From the NCBI GenBank assembly GCA_013265495.1, contig MU058423.1, positions 9,781,627 to 9,845,626 of the forward strand: DNA of 64,000 nucleotides, given 5' to 3'. The notes under the pieces are model-generated. The model saw only the letters and a list, made by a program, of their open reading frames with translations, was not told the origin of the DNA and did no database searches. The DNA comes from Vicugna vicugna. Its lineage: Eukaryota. Below, piece after piece: positions 1 through 12,725 of this stretch (the stretch's first letter is position 1; each line of letters starts with the position of its first letter). The position numbers and the translations under genes were made by a program.

Positions 1-378
1 TTTATATATTGCAGTATGATTACCACCCTGGAGTTAGCTAACACCTCTATCACGTCACGTAATTATCATTTCTCTTTTGTGATGGGAGCAGTTAAGATCT
101 AGTCTCTTAGCAGCTTTGCAATTTATAACACTATTGTTGTTTACAGTGACCAAGCTGTGCGTTACATCTCCAAGGTTTATCTACTGGTTGCACATTTTTA
201 TCCTTGAAAAACCTCTCTCCAGCCCCCGCAGCCACCTCCCTGGCCCCGGGAACCACTGTTCGGCTCTGTTTTCAAAGATTCCGCTTTTTGAGATTTCACA
301 TTTAAGTGAGATCATACAGTGTTTTTCTTCTCTGTCACTTATTTCACTTAGCGTAATACTCTCAAGGTTCATCCCATG
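1..378 (-). mobile_element. LINE-1 3' end fragment (L1MA-like), runs off the left edge
   Basis: Antisense L1 3' UTR/ORF2-end phrases (gagatttcacatttaagtgagatcatacagtg, cttatttcacttagcgtaata, aggttcatcc); minus ORF 181-372 reads MNLESITLSEIS, typical of the L1 ORF2 C-terminus. Confidence 0.85.
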
Positions 379-674
379 ATGACAGGTTTTTAAATGTTCT
401 ACAAAAATAATTCTAAAAAAAGAGTTATCGTCAGAGAATGTTTAACCTTGTTGGAAAAAATGCACAATTTGACCAAGTTTATTTGAAAGATACAATCCTC
501 ATTTGAATAGTTAGGTTCTTGTAGGATGAAAAAATAAATAAACTATCCATCTATCCATCTAAATCTACCTATTTATCTTCAAAGCACTCAGGTATGTTCT
601 TCCCTGGGATTTTCACAGGTTCCCTTCACGTTTCAGTCAGTAAACATGCAATCATGAGCATTTGTGCAGGATAC

Positions 675-845
675 TGTAGCAAAAAGAACGCACACTTTGG
701 AGTTAGATCCAGTTTCAAATGGCTTGGCTATTTCCAGGCTATGAGAGCTTGATGTTGTAGCCTCTACCAACTTCAATTTACTCATCTTTTAAATGCGATT
801 AACAAAAACAGCTTTTCAGGACAATTGCCGAGATTAGCATACCCT
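675..845 (+). mobile_element. MIR SINE, degenerate
   Basis: MIR core-like text (cactttggagttagatccagtttcaaat ... caatttactcatcttttaaatg); boundaries approximate. Confidence 0.55.
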
Positions 846-1134
846 TATTTTTAAATCATCCTTGTTAATCCTTGCTGACCAAGTTGAGTACCTACTATAT
901 GCTGGGAAAGCAAAAATAAGTAAGATGCTGTCCTGGAACCCCAGTGTATGAACCGGTGATTCTGAAGAGGGCTGACAGATCTGTAAATAGTGATAACAGT
1001 GAGAGGTAACAGGGAGAGGAAAAGGTGAGTCAGGAGCACACGTGGCGCTGGCAGTGAGGGGCCGGGATAGGGGAGGACTTGCCCATTTCCTCTCACAGTG
1101 GAGGTGTTCTGGTTAGCAGTGCACTAGGGCACAC

Positions 1135-1530
1135 TGGCTGAGCCACTAGCTCTGTGCTTTGGGGCATGCTGTTTAATCTCTGCGCGCGCCTCAGTTTTGT
1201 CCTCTGTAGCAAGAACCTAATAAAGCATTTACAAGGTGCCAGGCCTCCTTCTCGATGCTTTATGTGTCTTAATGCCCATGATGCTTACAACAGCCTCATT
1301 TTATAGAAGAGGAACAGAGGATAGATAAAAGTAATGAATATCTTGCTCAAAGTCATAGAAATAATAAAAATGGCAGCGCTGAAATTCAAATCCAGGCATC
1401 TGGTCCAGGGCTCCACACTTAATTGTAACTGACTTTGTAAAGTGCAGTTAATATAATAACTGCATCTCTAGCACCTTCCACGTTGTCTGGCACAGAGGAA
1501 ACGTTCAATAAATTTTAGCTTTTGTTACTA
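1135..1530. mobile_element. Cluster of MIR fragments in both orientations
   Basis: cctcagttttgtcctctgtag (+), cattttatagaagaggaacagagg ... gaaattcaaatccagg (-), tctggcacagaggaaacgttcaataaattttagc (+). Confidence 0.6.
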
Positions 1531-2849
1531 TTAGATTATTCTACTTAGTGGAAATATTCATTCAATTCAAAGTGAATTTTAAAATCTAGTTGAGTCTAAG
1601 GGAAATATTTAAAAATCTTGTTCTTCTAGGTTTTACCAATAGATGTAGGCAGATCACTAATCACCAGCAGTGCTTTTGCCTTTCAAGAGCCCTCTTGTGG
1701 AAAAGCACGATAATTCAGGGTAGCGCTTTCATTTATCTGAGCATTGTTACATATCTGGGAAGAAATACTAAATGTAAAGAAAATCTATTAATATTTTTTA
1801 AGTTAGCATCACATTTCATTTCACTGAATGTAGCAAATATATTTCATTATTGATGAGATTAAATAAGTAAAACATTGCCAATGCTGTAAAAAAATTAAAA
1901 AGCCATTTCATGGAAAAATTGGAATCTGACATCACAGGAGAGCAAACCTTCTATGACTTTACAAGTTGTTTCTACTTACCTTTTAAATTGTCAAAAATTT
2001 TCTAAGGTAAATATTGCAGATAAGAATCTGCTTATCTAAAGAAAATAATTGCAACATTAGCATCTCATATGAGGTATGTTTTTGTGTCATTTATTCATTT
2101 TAAAACAAGCTTAACTAAGAAATCAACCTTGAACAATGAATAACCCTGAGTATGTTTAAATATGCTACAGTGTTTAAAAGGTTCTTAGGGCAACTAAAGG
2201 TATGAACTGATTAAATATTAGTGTCTGGGTGAATCATTTATTGGATGACTCTATTGTAAGAGTTAATGCATGTCTTTATTGGAGAGAATATTCCCCTGGC
2301 AAGGAGTATTTATTTGTCTCTGACGTTCTTGGTTTGTTACTGTAGAGATGTTTATCACAGTGACTCGATCTTTATCTTCATTTATGAAAACGATGCTGTT
2401 ATCTGCTCTCAAAGCAGGGAGACACCTGTACTTTCTAACTCACGTTTCTGAATCATAATTAGCAGTCTGACTTTGTGTGATTTCTTGGGTTTTTACCATC
2501 CCCACTTTGGACATAGAGATGATGTGAAGAACTTACACAGTCTTCTCCAAATGAAAATGCACATGGTCAAACATGACCTTACTATTTAAGTAATCAACAA
2601 GCCTCATCAATTTAATTTATTAGGAAGAGCTCAATGCTAATGTCTATTGAATTTTCTTCCAACAGAGATGTTTACTGAGCATCTATACTGTACTCAGTTC
2701 ATATGCTGATGTTTTATGGCCATAATCTCTTATAATCTTCACAATAAGGAAACATCATCAGAGTCATTAAGTTGCTCAAGTTCTGAGAACAAGCAGATGC
2801 AGAGCTGAGACCAAATCTGTCCAACTTAATGGTGTTTTCCCAGATCTTT

Positions 2850-3773
2850 TGGGTTCTGCACCCAATTCCAGTGTTGAGGGGATGGGTTTCCCCCTACATC
2901 ACCAAGCAATTCTCAGACACTAACAGAGTGTCTGAGAATTCAGCTCAACTCTGACACTACCTTTCTGGACATAGACTCTGATTTCACAGATGAAGGGCTG
3001 AGTCCCACAGAACCACCCTCAACTGCAGACATCAGCCACAAGCTAGGCTGTTGTCTGTGCTTCTGACCCAAGGCTATCCGTCAGGGGTTCCCACACCACC
3101 TCCTTGGGTCTGACTAACTTGCTAGAGTAGCTCACAAAACTCAGGAAAGCTGTCTACCCATTGATTACTAATTTCTTATATAGGATGATGAAGGATATGA
3201 ATCAACAGCCAGATGAAGAAATACACAGGGCGAGGTCTCAAACAAGGGAGGTTGGGGCCCAGCATGGTGGCGAATGGAAGTGTTCTGATTCCTCAGCCTG
3301 GAAGTTCTCCTTTTGGGTTTTTATGGAGGTTCCATTACATGGGCATGATTGGTTAACTCGCTGGCTGTCAGTAATTGATTCAAACCCTATCCCCTCGCCC
3401 ATCCCTGGAAATCAGGGGGTGGGGCTGAAGGTTATACCCCTCTATTCAAGGCTGGTTCCCTTGTTAACCAGCCGCCATCCTTCAGTGCTTTCCAAAATTC
3501 ATCTCATTTACGTAGAGCCAGTTGTGACCAAAAAAGGCTTATTGTGAATAACAAGACACCCATTTCACCTTTATGGCTCTGAAATTTGTCAAGAACTGAA
3601 AGCAAGAGAATAAATATTATAACAATAGCTGCTCCATGGCTCTTACTGCTCAGCAAATTCCAAAGGTTTGGGGAGCTGGGAGGCAGGAACTGTGGCGTAA
3701 GAGCAGCTATCAACTTCTCACTTTGGTCCTCTGGATGACCAAATACATATTTATTGTAAATCAAAATACTGCA
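2850..3773 (-). mobile_element. MER21-like LTR
   Basis: ccaagcaattctcagacac...ctctgacactacc and terminal ccaaatacatatttattgtaaatcaaaatactgca match the reverse complement of MER21-type LTRs; related to the copy at 16995. Confidence 0.75.
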
Positions 3774-3988
3774 CCAGCTATTTCCCAGTGGCCTTCTTGG
3801 TGCCATAGCGCAATCAGAAGGTGCCTCGGGTGCTGCCAAGTCTGGTGGAACGGATGTGAAAGGTGTCTGAGCTGATATGATTTGGGTTTTCTGCATGTTC
3901 CAGAGAACCTTCCTTTTTATATATTTTGCATCTTGGAGTTCTCTGAAATATCTTATTTGACAAAAGACTTCTACAACTAAAGACCACT

Positions 3989-4316
3989 TGCCATAGATGG
4001 AATGTTTGCAGTCCCCCAGAATTCATATGTTGAGATATAATCCCTAATGTGAAGGTACTAGGAGGCAGAACCCTCATAGGTGGAACTAATGCCCCTACAA
4101 CAGAGGCTGGAGAATACTCCTTTGCCCCTTTGCCGTATGAGGTTATAGTCAGGAGACAGATGCCGGTGAGGAAGGGGCTCTCACCAGACACCAAATCCAC
4201 TGAAGCCATGATCTCAGACTTCATAGCCTCCAGAAATGTGGCAAATAAATGCTTATTGTTTATAAGCCACACAGTTTATTGGATTTTTGTTATGGGAGCC
4301 CAAAGAGATTAAGACT
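3989..4316 (+). mobile_element. MaLR solo LTR (MLT1A-like)
   Basis: tgccatagatggaatgtttg...aattcatatgttgaga...agcctccagaaatgtggcaaataaatg...taagact; 5-bp flanking repeat CCACT (3984-3988) / CCAGT (4317-4321). Confidence 0.85.
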
Positions 4317-4389
4317 CCAGTCTAGTTACACATGCTGCCTCTTAATTTTTACCCCTCTGAATAGGTAGAAGCTTCCTTCAGTGACTTTG

Positions 4390-6344
4390 TTAACTACCAC
4401 CACATATTTCCCCACAAATATTGACTCATGAAGGCTGTCATTTCATCAGTAGACCGATGGTTTAATGCACATACAGTGGTTCCTTGCAGGAATTTTAGAG
4501 CCTCTGGCAGGAGTGGGTTGTTTGGTCCAAACCAGAGCTTTATCTTTTTATCAAACCAACAATTGTTGAATTTCCAATCTTGTTTTTCCTGTCCTAAGGC
4601 CAATTGTTGGACTTTTCTAGCCAGTTTTTCTCCCTTGGGAACGTAACAAAGGTTTGACTGTAACAGGTTCTTTAAGGGCAGCATCCCTTGCAGAAATGCC
4701 CGCAAGGTGATTCCCTTAGCTTCCAGAGGGTCAAGTTTAGAATGCCCTGAAATCTTAATAAGAGTTAAAGTGGCAGGTAAAAGTATTGCATCCAATAATT
4801 CCTGAACATAAGGGCCATGTTAAATTTTATTGCCACTGGCAGTAGGGAAGCCATGTTGCTCCCACCACATTCCAAATTTACGAGCTAACTCCAGAGGCAT
4901 ATCTGCCACCAGCATAGACATTGGCAATCTTGCCCTTGGCTAAACTACAAGCCCGTATAAGGGCGTATGTTCAGCCTGTCGGGCCAAAGCAGCCATAGGT
5001 GAAGCTTCTCCAACAATATAAAAAGAAGTTGCAGCAGACACCCAGCACAATGGTAGCCTTTACCAGCTTTCAAACGAGAACCACCAGTGAACCGTGAGAA
5101 GTCAGCATTACTCCAAGGAGTTCCCTCCAGATCCTCACCAGGAGTTAGGAGGTGAGTCATCAGTGTTAAAGAGCTGCCACAGACTGTGTCAGAGACGCGG
5201 GGAGAAGAGCGGCAAGGCGGAGGCCATTGCAGTGAAACAGGTTACGAGAGGAGCAGCTACCAACAGGACTTCACAAGAGGTGAGCCAGCTGACGAAGAAC
5301 TGCTGAGCATGAACACAGTTTAGGAGGCACTGCACAGGGCTCAAAAGTGGCCAAAGCGGATCCCACAATGGTTATCTTGGTGGTCTTAAACAAAGGGTCA
5401 ACGGCTACGATGGCTCTAGGCAAGGGGAATATCTCCATGCCACATGGTCCAGCTGCTGGTTATCACATGCTACGGACTGATGGTGGTCCCCATGTTTCAG
5501 GTGTTCCCTTCCTTTTCATACACAAAAAGGAAAAAGGAAACTGGATAATTGGGATGCCCAGGGGAAGGTGGGCTTATTAAACTCTCTTTTAAATCCTTGA
5601 AGTCTATGCAGTCTGGTTCTTCTCATAAAATTGGGCCAGGGTTGTTATTCTTAGTAAAACATACAGAAGCTTGGCCGTAAGAGAGATGTTTGGAATCCAG
5701 TTTTGGCAATAATCAACTAGTCTGAGAGAACTGAACAGTTGGCACTTAGTTTTGGGTTTGGGGAAACTTGGGACACCATGGAGCCCATCTGCATCTCGGT
5801 GTAGCCCTTGTTCTGACATCCAACGTCCTAAATATCAAACCTGGGTTTGGGCAAACTACCGTTTTTCCTTGTCATCCCATGTCTTTTTAAGGCTAAAAGC
5901 TTTAGCAAGTGGATGCCATCTTCCTGTAAGGAGGCTTGAGAAGATCAAAGAAGCTAATAATCTACATTTATTGCAACAACATAGAACCCCTACGGAACTT
6001 TATATCATCCATATCAGACCAGGATTTGTGAGAAATAAGAAGGGCTCACTATAATCCTGAGACGTTACTGTCCAAGTGAATTGTTTTTCTCCCCAGGAGA
6101 AGGTCAACGGTATTGGCTAGCTTCATCCGCTGGAATCCTAAAGAATATGCTGCATACATCCATTACAGTAGAGTTTGCTTCCAGAGGGCATGGAGTTCAT
6201 CGTGTATGAGGGTTAGGAACAACAAGGTGTCCAGGGATGATGATAATGTTTGTTGCTCAGAGGTCCTGGACAAGCTTTCACCCTTGGCCCTAAGGTTTCC
6301 TCCTGGGTAAAATGGGGGTATTACAGGGACCAGGACAAGGGACA
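4390..6344 (-). pseudogene. pol: Decayed class I (ERV1, gamma-like) endogenous retrovirus pol: RT, RNase H, start of integrase
   Basis: Minus-strand frameshifted motifs in the correct order: PCNTPILP..KP, LVQDL, VVPNPHT (6190-6340); QFTWTV (~6065-6085); degenerate LLQ(Y)VD (~5955-5980); PKPKTK..L...YC.NWIPN.SL.AK.LY (ORF 5604-5819); DL..TP..NADFS.FT.GS (ORF 4945-5160); AILLP....IK..GHSK...EAKG and H-containing integrase N-terminus (ORF 4394-4795). Confidence 0.9.
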
Positions 6345-6549
6345 GTGAGTCAGGAGTGGACAAGATGGCAGAGTAGGGAGTCCCTGAGCTCATCCCCTCC
6401 CATGGGCACACCAAAATTACCACTATTTACAGATCAATGATTGGTAAGAATGACCTGAAGACTAGCAGAAAAGATTCTCCACAACTAGAGATATAAAGAA
6501 AGAATCAAAAGGAGATGAGTAGGAGGAGCAGAGTCACAGTACAGTCAAG
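6345..6549 (+). mobile_element. LINE-1 5' UTR start only (~200 bp)
   Basis: caagatggcagagtag...ctgagctca...gaatgacctgaaga is shared with 63890-64000 and 14676-14738; CAAGATGGC is the YY1-type motif at L1 5' ends. Confidence 0.75.
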
Positions 6550-7214
6550 GCACAACCCTGTTCCTAAGAGGAAGGAAAATCCTAAACCCAGCTACTCAGT
6601 AATGTGGGAATGGAAATTCCGGGAGGCTAAGGGACATGCTCAGGGCTATCCTCCAAGCCACCGGTGTTGCTGAGAAACTCCAGGACCCTCCCACGTTCTT
6701 TTCCAGTGCTCTAGTTTACAAACTATGATTCCATGGCTTAGTGCCCAGTTATGCTCACAGGAAAACAGCACCGAGGCATAGTTCAGTATTGCCCTAAACA
6801 CAATAACATTCAAACGCACTTAGAAAGTGCACTGAATTTCTCTCTTTTGAAAGGAATGGTTGTTTTTGTTATCAGAATCCTGTCACTCCCTTCTCATAAT
6901 CGAGTCCCCGATACATTTTCAAGTAGAATTTCTTTGAAAGAAGCCTTGTGCATGGCAGTTTTATTGCTTGGAAGCTCAATTTGTTCCAAGGATAAATGTG
7001 AGTAAAACAAATGATATATTTTCTGCAAAACCTCACAGCTATGGTGTTTCTCCCTGCTTATGTCAAAAGAGATAAAACTAGAAAAATAAACAGGAATGTA
7101 ACCTAGTTAAGGTGGCCTGGAAATCTCAACATGCAATGTCATTTACTACTAGCAGATGGGACAAAATACAGTCAAAAATACATTAGGGAGGATTCATTAA
7201 ATTGAGGGGTGAGA

Positions 7215-7277
7215 TGGTAGGAAGAGATAAAGAAAGAAAGAAGAAAGGAAAGAAGGAAAGGGAAAAGGGAAGAGAAA
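7215..7277 (+). repeat. Purine-rich low-complexity tract (GAAA/GGAA)
   Basis: Directly visible. Confidence 0.8.
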
Positions 7278-7419
7278 CTCAGTTTTGACATCAAAAGGCT
7301 AAGACCTTGCCCCAGATCAGTCCACCGGAAACTCTGAAATTACAGAAGCAAGTATGACTGTAGCTCACTGTTGATATATGCTAGCTGCTCAGGTCTTTAA
7401 GTGGGCTAGCTTCGAGTCT

Positions 7420-7600
7420 CGCTACAACATTGCAAGATAATTATCATTATCTCCACTTCAGAGATAAGAATACTGAGGCTCACACAGACCAAGTAACTTT
7501 CCCCTAGCCTCAGAGCTGAACAGTGTTGGAGATGAGAGTCAGTCATCTTATCTGTTTTTTCTGGAACCGAAAACTTGTTTTGCTAATGCTGTGCTGCCTC
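7420..7600 (-). mobile_element. MIR SINE
   Basis: attatctccacttcagagataagaatactgaggctcac...aagtaactttcccc. Confidence 0.65.
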
Positions 7601-9529
7601 TGGAAGCTGCCCCAGATGTGAACATACCTGCTAAAGTCAGCCACAGGAATTTGCCTTTTGTGTACTAGGTTAAAATGCACGAATAAACAGACGACTCACA
7701 TCCCATCTCCAGGAGATGTCTCTTTTTAGGTTGCTTTTGCGTCTTCATTACCTCTGTCTCTTACAAGCATCCATGACCAATGCTGCCATTAGGAGATATA
7801 ACAGGGAACCTTAAATTCAACTATCGCTTTCAAACCCTGGACAGGGAGCTACTCTTTCTTTGGTAAGAAATGCACTGATGTCAGTCATTACCAGGAGAAC
7901 TAACTGACTCTAGGGAGGCAGACACCTTGCAAAAGGCTTGTGACATCATAGGAGATAGGCTACGGGGTAGGAAATGGTGGCAAGAGAGCTACAACCTCTA
8001 ACCCTGATCACTTTCCTTCCCAGCATATGTACGTTTCAGAACTGCAGCCTGCATGATTCCTTTGGGGTGGTCAAAATATGATCGTCCACATAAACCACAA
8101 ATTTGCTGTCTCGAGTACATTCTCCGTATTTGTATTATCCAAGCACAAAACTATTTCTTTGGCAAAATATTTCTGTCCTGTTGCCATAGTCATAATTGCA
8201 TTTTTCCCCCTTTTATCACCTGTGTGCTTTTTTAAAAACTTGACCATTTCTGGGATGTATTTTAGAAATGAAAAGAAAATTCAAGTTGATATGATATTAG
8301 CATCTGATTTTCCAGAATAAGTAGTTTATAGTATTAGCTTTATATTCCACCCCCCCTTTTTTTTTATCCCTTTCATTATTTAGTAAGAGAAGCCCTTTAG
8401 GGTATGTTTTGATATTCAATATTAGGTCAATATATTTTGAATCACATTTCTAAAATCAGCATTTGCATCCCTGAAGTAAATTATCCATTGGAATTACTAA
8501 GGCAAATTCAGCTGTTTCTAATATTAGAAGTAACAATCTAAAGAAAATGACATTTAAATATTTTAATTGGTCAAATATTTTCTATGAAAAGATTTAGTAA
8601 AAATATTTGTGAAGCCTGCATTCAGTGGTTTTTAGTTTTGGTTTCAAGCATTGAAACTTTTAAAGCATTGAATTCATTTTATTATTTTCACCAAAGAACA
8701 GTTGAAATTTCCAGGCTCTACTGTAGGTAAGTATGAGTCAATACATAGCCACCAGAATTTGTCTAAGCATTGTTATTTTTCAAACTAAAAAGATCCTTGT
8801 TTGAGGGAAGAAATGAAGCATAGTGGTAGATAAGCATATTTTAGAGACTTCCCTGTCAATGACGTAAGAAAAAGAAAATCTTGGTGTATACTTATACACA
8901 AACATGCACTTATACACACTCCTAATTTCTAAAAAAATGAAAATCAACTCAGTTGCCTCTGAAAATGACCAACAAAAATACTTCTCAGTGATTAAAAACA
9001 GTAAAAATGAAAATAAGGATATTTGACCACCTAAGCCAGCAGTTGTTCAAAGACTGTTTTTGTCTTTTAACAAATTCACTAGGCTATTTGATATTCTGGA
9101 GAGACAACAGAAATATCCAGTTTATATTTGAAAATAAGTCCTGTATTTTATATTTTTTCACCTATGTACTCATTTAGAGAGAAAACACCTCAACATAAAC
9201 TTTGCAATATAAAGAATTCAAACATCAAGTTCCAATTATGTAAACACAGAAAATTTAACACATTATATATGTGAGAATATTATCTCTTTGAAAAACATCA
9301 AGGTTTCTGAGTCTTTTTGTGTATATGGACTTAATCATTATATAATAAGAGTTGAACTAGTTTTATTGCCTTTATCTGATAAGTTTCACTGATATGAGTA
9401 AGATTTTATCAGCAAAAATTTTTAATAATGCTCTGCTTTGAAATATGAATACATAATAGAAATTCAGTAATAATTGTATCTACTCTGATTGGAACCAACT
9501 AGACTTTAGATGTTTAACAAACATTATTT

Positions 9530-10295
9530 CAGTTAATTTTTTTATTGATGTATAGTCAGTTTACAATGTGTCAATTTCTGGTCTACAGCATAATGTTTCA
9601 GTCATACATGTATATACATATATTTCTTTTCATATTCTTTTTAATTATAGGTTACTACAAGATATTGAATATAGTTCCCTGTGCTATACAGTTTAAACTT
9701 GTTGTTTATCTATTTTATATACAATAGTTAGTATCTGAAAATCTTGAACTCCTAATTTACCCCTACCTACCCTCTTTCCCCTCTGGTAACCATAATTTTT
9801 TTTTTCTATGACTGAGTCAGTTTCTGTTTTATAAATAGGTTCGTTTGTGTCATTTTTTAAGATTCCACATATAAGTGATATAATATGATATTTTTCTTTC
9901 TCTTTCTGGCTTATTTCACTTAGTATGACAATCCCCAGGTCCATCCATCTTACTGCAAGTGGCCTTATTTTATTCTTTTTTATGGCTGAGTAGTATTCCA
10001 TTGTATAAATATACCACAACTTGTTTATCCAGTCATCTATCAATGGACATTTAGGTTGTTTCCATGTCTTGGCTATTGTAAATAGTGCTGCTATGAGCAC
10101 TGAGGTGTGTGTATCTTTTCAAATTAGAGCTTCCTCCAGTTTTATGGCCAGGAGTGGGATTGTTGGATCATATGGTCTATTTTTAGTTTTGTGAGGACTC
10201 TCCATACCATTTTCCATAATGGCTGCACCAAACTACATTTCCACCAACAGTGTAGGAAGGCTCCCTTTTCTCCACACTCTTTCCAGCATTTATCA
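9530..10295 (-). mobile_element. 5'-truncated LINE-1 (ORF2 C-terminus + 3' UTR) inserted in a MIR
   Basis: ORF 9693-10100 reads AALFTIAKTWKQPKCP..DDWINKLWYIYTMEYYSAIKKN; poly(T) at left; 14-bp TSD 9516-9529 / 10296-10309; MIR continues at 10310-10470. Confidence 0.95.
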
Positions 10296-10559
10296 AACAA
10301 ATGTTATTTTAATTTAATCTTCAGAGGAATTTCCCGAGGTAGTTATTAACCTTATTTTATAAATAAGAAAACTAAATATGCAGAAATTAAGTAACTAGAC
10401 ATAATCATGCAATTTGTCAATCAACCCCAAGACTGATTTCAAAGCCTGCGCGTTTGCCACTAAACTGTCTTTCCTGAGAGCAAAATGCTTACTTTCTGCC
10501 ACTGCCAGCTATTTTAGTGTTAATTTTAGGTTACATTGCATGTGCTTATAGTCTCTTCT

Positions 10560-10965
10560 CTACTTAGATCAGTCGGGAGAAACTAGGATTTTCTGTGGCA
10601 ACCATTTTAACTCTGAAATGTCCATGACTTAACATAACCGAGGTTTATTTCTCAGTCACCCACATGCACTGCTGGGTTGGCAGCATGAGCTCGGCTCCAT
10701 GGGTCATTAACGGTCTCAGTGTGATAAAGGCTCTACCAATGTGTAATCTCACAAGCACCACATAAGCTGGAGAGAGGGACTGGAATGTGACACAGTCTTC
10801 TCAGTGTCTTAACCTGGAATGACACGGGTCACAGCTGCTCACATTTCATTGACCAGGACTAGTCCTAGGACCCCACCTAACTATGAGTTCAGGGAAGTCC
10901 AGCTTTTCTCATGCAGCAGAAACAAGGAAAACTGCTTATTGGTGAACACTAGTAATGTCTACTGT
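10560..10965 (-). mobile_element. Old MaLR LTR (MLT1J/K-like)
   Basis: aggtttatttctc ... gctcacatttcattgaccaggactagtc...ccccacctaac. Confidence 0.6.
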
Positions 10966-11979
10966 AACCTTCATATTATAATCTAATTTGATTAGCATTA
11001 AGAATTTTTTTAGCTTTTCATTAATATAATGGGAAAAAAGAATTCCTTCTAGATTATTTAAGGAGAAACATATAAGCCATATGGCAAATGTTAGAATATG
11101 AAAAGTGCAGTAAGGAAGCACAAAAACCAGCAAATAAGCAAAAAGAAGGGAACAGATGAGGGAAATAAAGCAAATGTAATTGTACAAAAATACAAATTAG
11201 AAAGTAACATCAAACCGGAATTAAATGCTAAAAAGGTATTAGCTCAAATTAAAGAGGGAAAAAAAGCTACAATCCACACTGTGTGAATGTGTCACACCTA
11301 AATCTAGTTAAAGTAGGAGTAATTCTATATGAGCCAAGGACAGACAGAAAGATAGACGGAGATGAAACCAAAGATGCACACAGACTAGCATGTATTATTG
11401 TAAAGAGATTCACCACAATCTATGGAAGAATTAAAATCGGTTGAGCACCCAACCCAAGTAATTAGGAAAGATGACCAAAATATATGTGAAGAAGGCAGAA
11501 GGAATGGCTTAATAAAGATATTAATGAATTTTGGAATAAGAGGGAAAGAAAGTGGAATTTGTTACAAACTGCCCCGATGTGGTTCTTGGAAATGGCAGCA
11601 GCAGCAGCAACTGGAAGAGTGAGAAGGAATTTGATCATCAAAGGAAAGGCAAAAACAAAACCCACACACTCCAAATGCAGAACAAGGAAATTAAGTTAGG
11701 AAAGGTATCCAGAAAACTAAAGAGAATTATGCAGCCATGCTTCTCTCAACTACTGAATAATATCTGAAGCCCAGAATGAGATGGTATCAATGACAAAATA
11801 TGAAGTATGTCATTGGACCCAAGAAGAGAAACATACCTTGAGTCTGATACCTGTTAACAGACTGAGAAAGTTGTCAAGAGATAACCCTTGAACAATATTT
11901 CAAATCCAGGCAATTTCAGTATGAATTCTTTTAAAATAGCACTAGAAATAGGAACATTCTTTTATTTGAACTGTATCTG

Positions 11980-12071
11980 CTTTTTTATTTTTTAATGGAG
12001 GTCCTGGGGATTGAACCCAGAACCTCCCACATGCTGAGCATTTGCTTTACCTCTGAGCTATAGCCACCCCC
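11980..12071 (-). mobile_element. tRNA-Ala-derived SINE (camelid vic-1 type, short form)
   Basis: Reverse complement begins ggggg tggctatagctcag..ggtaaagc, has a B-box gggttcaatcccc and an A-tail; perfect 17-bp TSD tatttgaactgtatctg at 11963-11979 and 12072-12088. Confidence 0.9.
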
Positions 12072-12620
12072 TATTTGAACTGTATCTGACCTCAGAAGAA
12101 AGAAGGGAATATTTCTGACTATTTTGTGCATTGAGAATTACACATATGTTGAAATCTGACAAAGATAACATCTAATTTAAAAAAAAACAAATATTGATAC
12201 AAAAATATAACAATCTCCCCAGATTGTTGATACACTATGATAATAAATTTAAAAGTTTTGCGTTATGACCAGGTGGAATTATCCTTAGAATAAAGGGGTA
12301 GTTCAACATCTGGAATCTGCTGATATGATTAGTTGTAGTAAGAAGTTACAAGGGAAGTCATATAATCGTATCAATAGATACTAAAAAGAATTGGCTAAGA
12401 CTCAACACCTCTTCCTTTTTAAAAGCTATGAACAAAATAGAAATAGGAGGCTTTCTTATACACGAAAACCACATTATATTAAAAAGATCACTGTATAAAT
12501 ATCAATATAAATTATGATATGCATCTCAAACTTTGCATAAACTATAAAAGTATTCTCTTAAAGTCAGGAATTCAAAACAGAAGGATGTTTACTGCCATCT
12601 GTATTATTCAATAGTGTCAT

Positions 12621-12725
12621 ACTTACTTCACTTAGTATGACGATCTCCAGGTCCATCCATGATGCTGCAAATGGACTTATTTTATTCTCTTTTATGACTG
12701 AGTAGTATTCCATTGGATAAATATA
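12621..12725 (-). mobile_element. Short internal fragment of a younger L1
   Basis: Highly similar to 9910-10012 in this window. Confidence 0.85.

Noticed and set aside
1980..2035. Minus-strand exon candidate with good donor and acceptor
   Set aside because: Two frames have internal stops and the third begins with one; such splice words arise by chance
3161..4312. Overlapping 87-152 aa ORFs
   Set aside because: They lie largely in MER21-like and MaLR LTR sequence, with no recognisable protein
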